This document shows, in pieces, positions 63,051 to 64,000 of a DNA stretch of 64,000 bases. The DNA comes from Wickerhamiella versatilis. Taxonomy: Eukaryota. The stretch lies in assembly GCA_030867685.1 (NCBI GenBank), contig JAQOWU010000008.1, positions 2,666,001 through 2,730,000 of the forward strand, in the 5' to 3' direction. The position numbers and the translations under genes were made by a program. The notes below the pieces were generated by a model that saw only the letters and a list, made by a program, of their open reading frames with translations, searched no databases and was not told where the DNA came from. How positions within the stretch are numbered: position 1 is the stretch's first letter; the number at the start of each line of letters is the position of its first letter.

Positions 63051-64000
63051 ATGCATTTGAAGCCGTGGAACGTCTTTCTATGGGCGGTTGCGCTGTTCGT
63101 CCTGCCATTTTTTGGTGGAGCCAGCGCAGACCCCGATGCTGAGGATGTAGGAACAGTTATAGGTATTGATTTGGGTACCACCTACTCCTGTGTAGGTGTC
63201 ATGCAGCATGGTCGTGTCGAGATCATTGCCAACGAACAGGGTAGCCGTATTACCCCAAGTTATGTTGCATTTAACGATGGTGAACGTCTTGTTGGTGATG
63301 CTGCCAAGAATCAGGCAGCCTCTAACCCCCACAACACGGTGTTCGACATTAAGCGTATCATCGGGTTGAAGTTTAACGACCCGAGTGTCCAGCGTGATAT
63401 GAAGCGATTCCCATTCAAGGTTGCCGGCAAAAATGGCAAGCCAGTTGTGGAGGTTGACTTTAATGGCGAGAAGCAGTTTGCTCCCGAGGAGATCTCGGCC
63501 ATGGTTCTTGGCAAGATGAAGGAGATCGCCGAAGATTATCTTGGTCACAAGGTCACTCATGCGGTGGTTACTGTCCCTGCGTACTTCAATGATGCCCAGC
63601 GCCAGGCCACCAAGGATGCCGGAACTATTTCCGGTTTGACTGTCATGCGTGTTGTCAATGAGCCAACCGCTGCTGCCATCGCTTACGGTCTCGACCGCAA
63701 GGACGGCGAGCGCCAGATCATTGTCTACGATCTGGGTGGTGGTACTTTCGATGTTTCGTTGCTTTCTATTGACAACGGTGTCTTCGAGGTGCTGGCCACT
63801 GCTGGTGATACCCATCTGGGTGGTGAGGACTTCGATCACCGTGTCATGAACGACTTGATCAAGAAGTATAACGCTGCGCATGATGTAGACATCCGCAAGA
63901 ACCAGAAGGCAGTTTCCCGTTTGAAGCGGGAGGTCGAGAAGGCCAAGCGCGTTCTTTCGTCGCAGATGTCGGCTCGCATTGAGATCGAGGGATTCAACAA
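63051..64000 (+). CDS. KAR2: ER Hsp70 chaperone BiP; partial, runs off the window
   Basis: Signal peptide [26 protein letters not shown], then [33 protein letters not shown] and [10 protein letters not shown]. Absent from the ORF track because there is no stop in the window. Confidence 0.97.
   Translation, partial: MHLKPWNVFLWAVALFVLPFFGGASADPDAEDVGTVIGIDLGTTYSCVGVMQHGRVEIIANEQGSRITPSYVAFNDGERLVGDAAKNQAASNPHNTVFDIKRIIGLKFNDPSVQRDMKRFPFKVAGKNGKPVVEVDFNGEKQFAPEEISAMVLGKMKEIAEDYLGHKVTHAVVTVPAYFNDAQRQATKDAGTISGLTVMRVVNEPTAAAIAYGLDRKDGERQIIVYDLGGGTFDVSLLSIDNGVFEVLATAGDTHLGGEDFDHRVMNDLIKKYNAAHDVDIRKNQKAVSRLKREVEKAKRVLSSQMSARIEIEGFN

Noticed and set aside
63078-63881. 267-aa minus-strand ORF
   Set aside because: It is the familiar antisense open frame of Hsp70 genes; the real gene is KAR2 on the plus strand.

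Overview
Gene-dense fungal (yeast-type) chromosome segment with about 46 protein-coding genes, apparently all intronless, and two identical tRNA-Thr(AGU) genes. The genetic code is standard (CTG=Leu at conserved positions) and a complex I subunit is present, which points by inference to an early-diverging Saccharomycotina yeast with a compact genome (Wickerhamiella/Starmerella-like). Most genes are housekeeping: SEC4, LEO1, SEC65, SCS7, YTM1, GFA1, SEC14, RAD6, FZO1, PUS4, MID1, RFC3, BEM1, MET22, ALG6, MYO1, THR1, SNX4, KAR2 and others. I saw no transposon, CRISPR array or obviously bacterial gene. The strongest leads are: (1) a solo, strongly diverged histone H4 with substitutions at normally invariant histone-fold residues; (2) a TAATG stop/start overlap joining YPQ1 and RRN9, plus other tandem and head-to-head pairs with almost no promoter space; (3) two recurrent start-proximal motifs (GTCAGC/CAGTCAG and GGGYTAGGG) resembling HomolD and HomolE/Tbf1 elements; (4) a taspase-like gene with no in-frame ATG, possibly starting at GTG; (5) five consecutive hairpins upstream of GFA1; (6) a WW + zinc-finger miniprotein, a probably inactive GH17 and a RING-less SNF2 helicase. 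All gene calls come from motif recognition by eye; no database searches were run.
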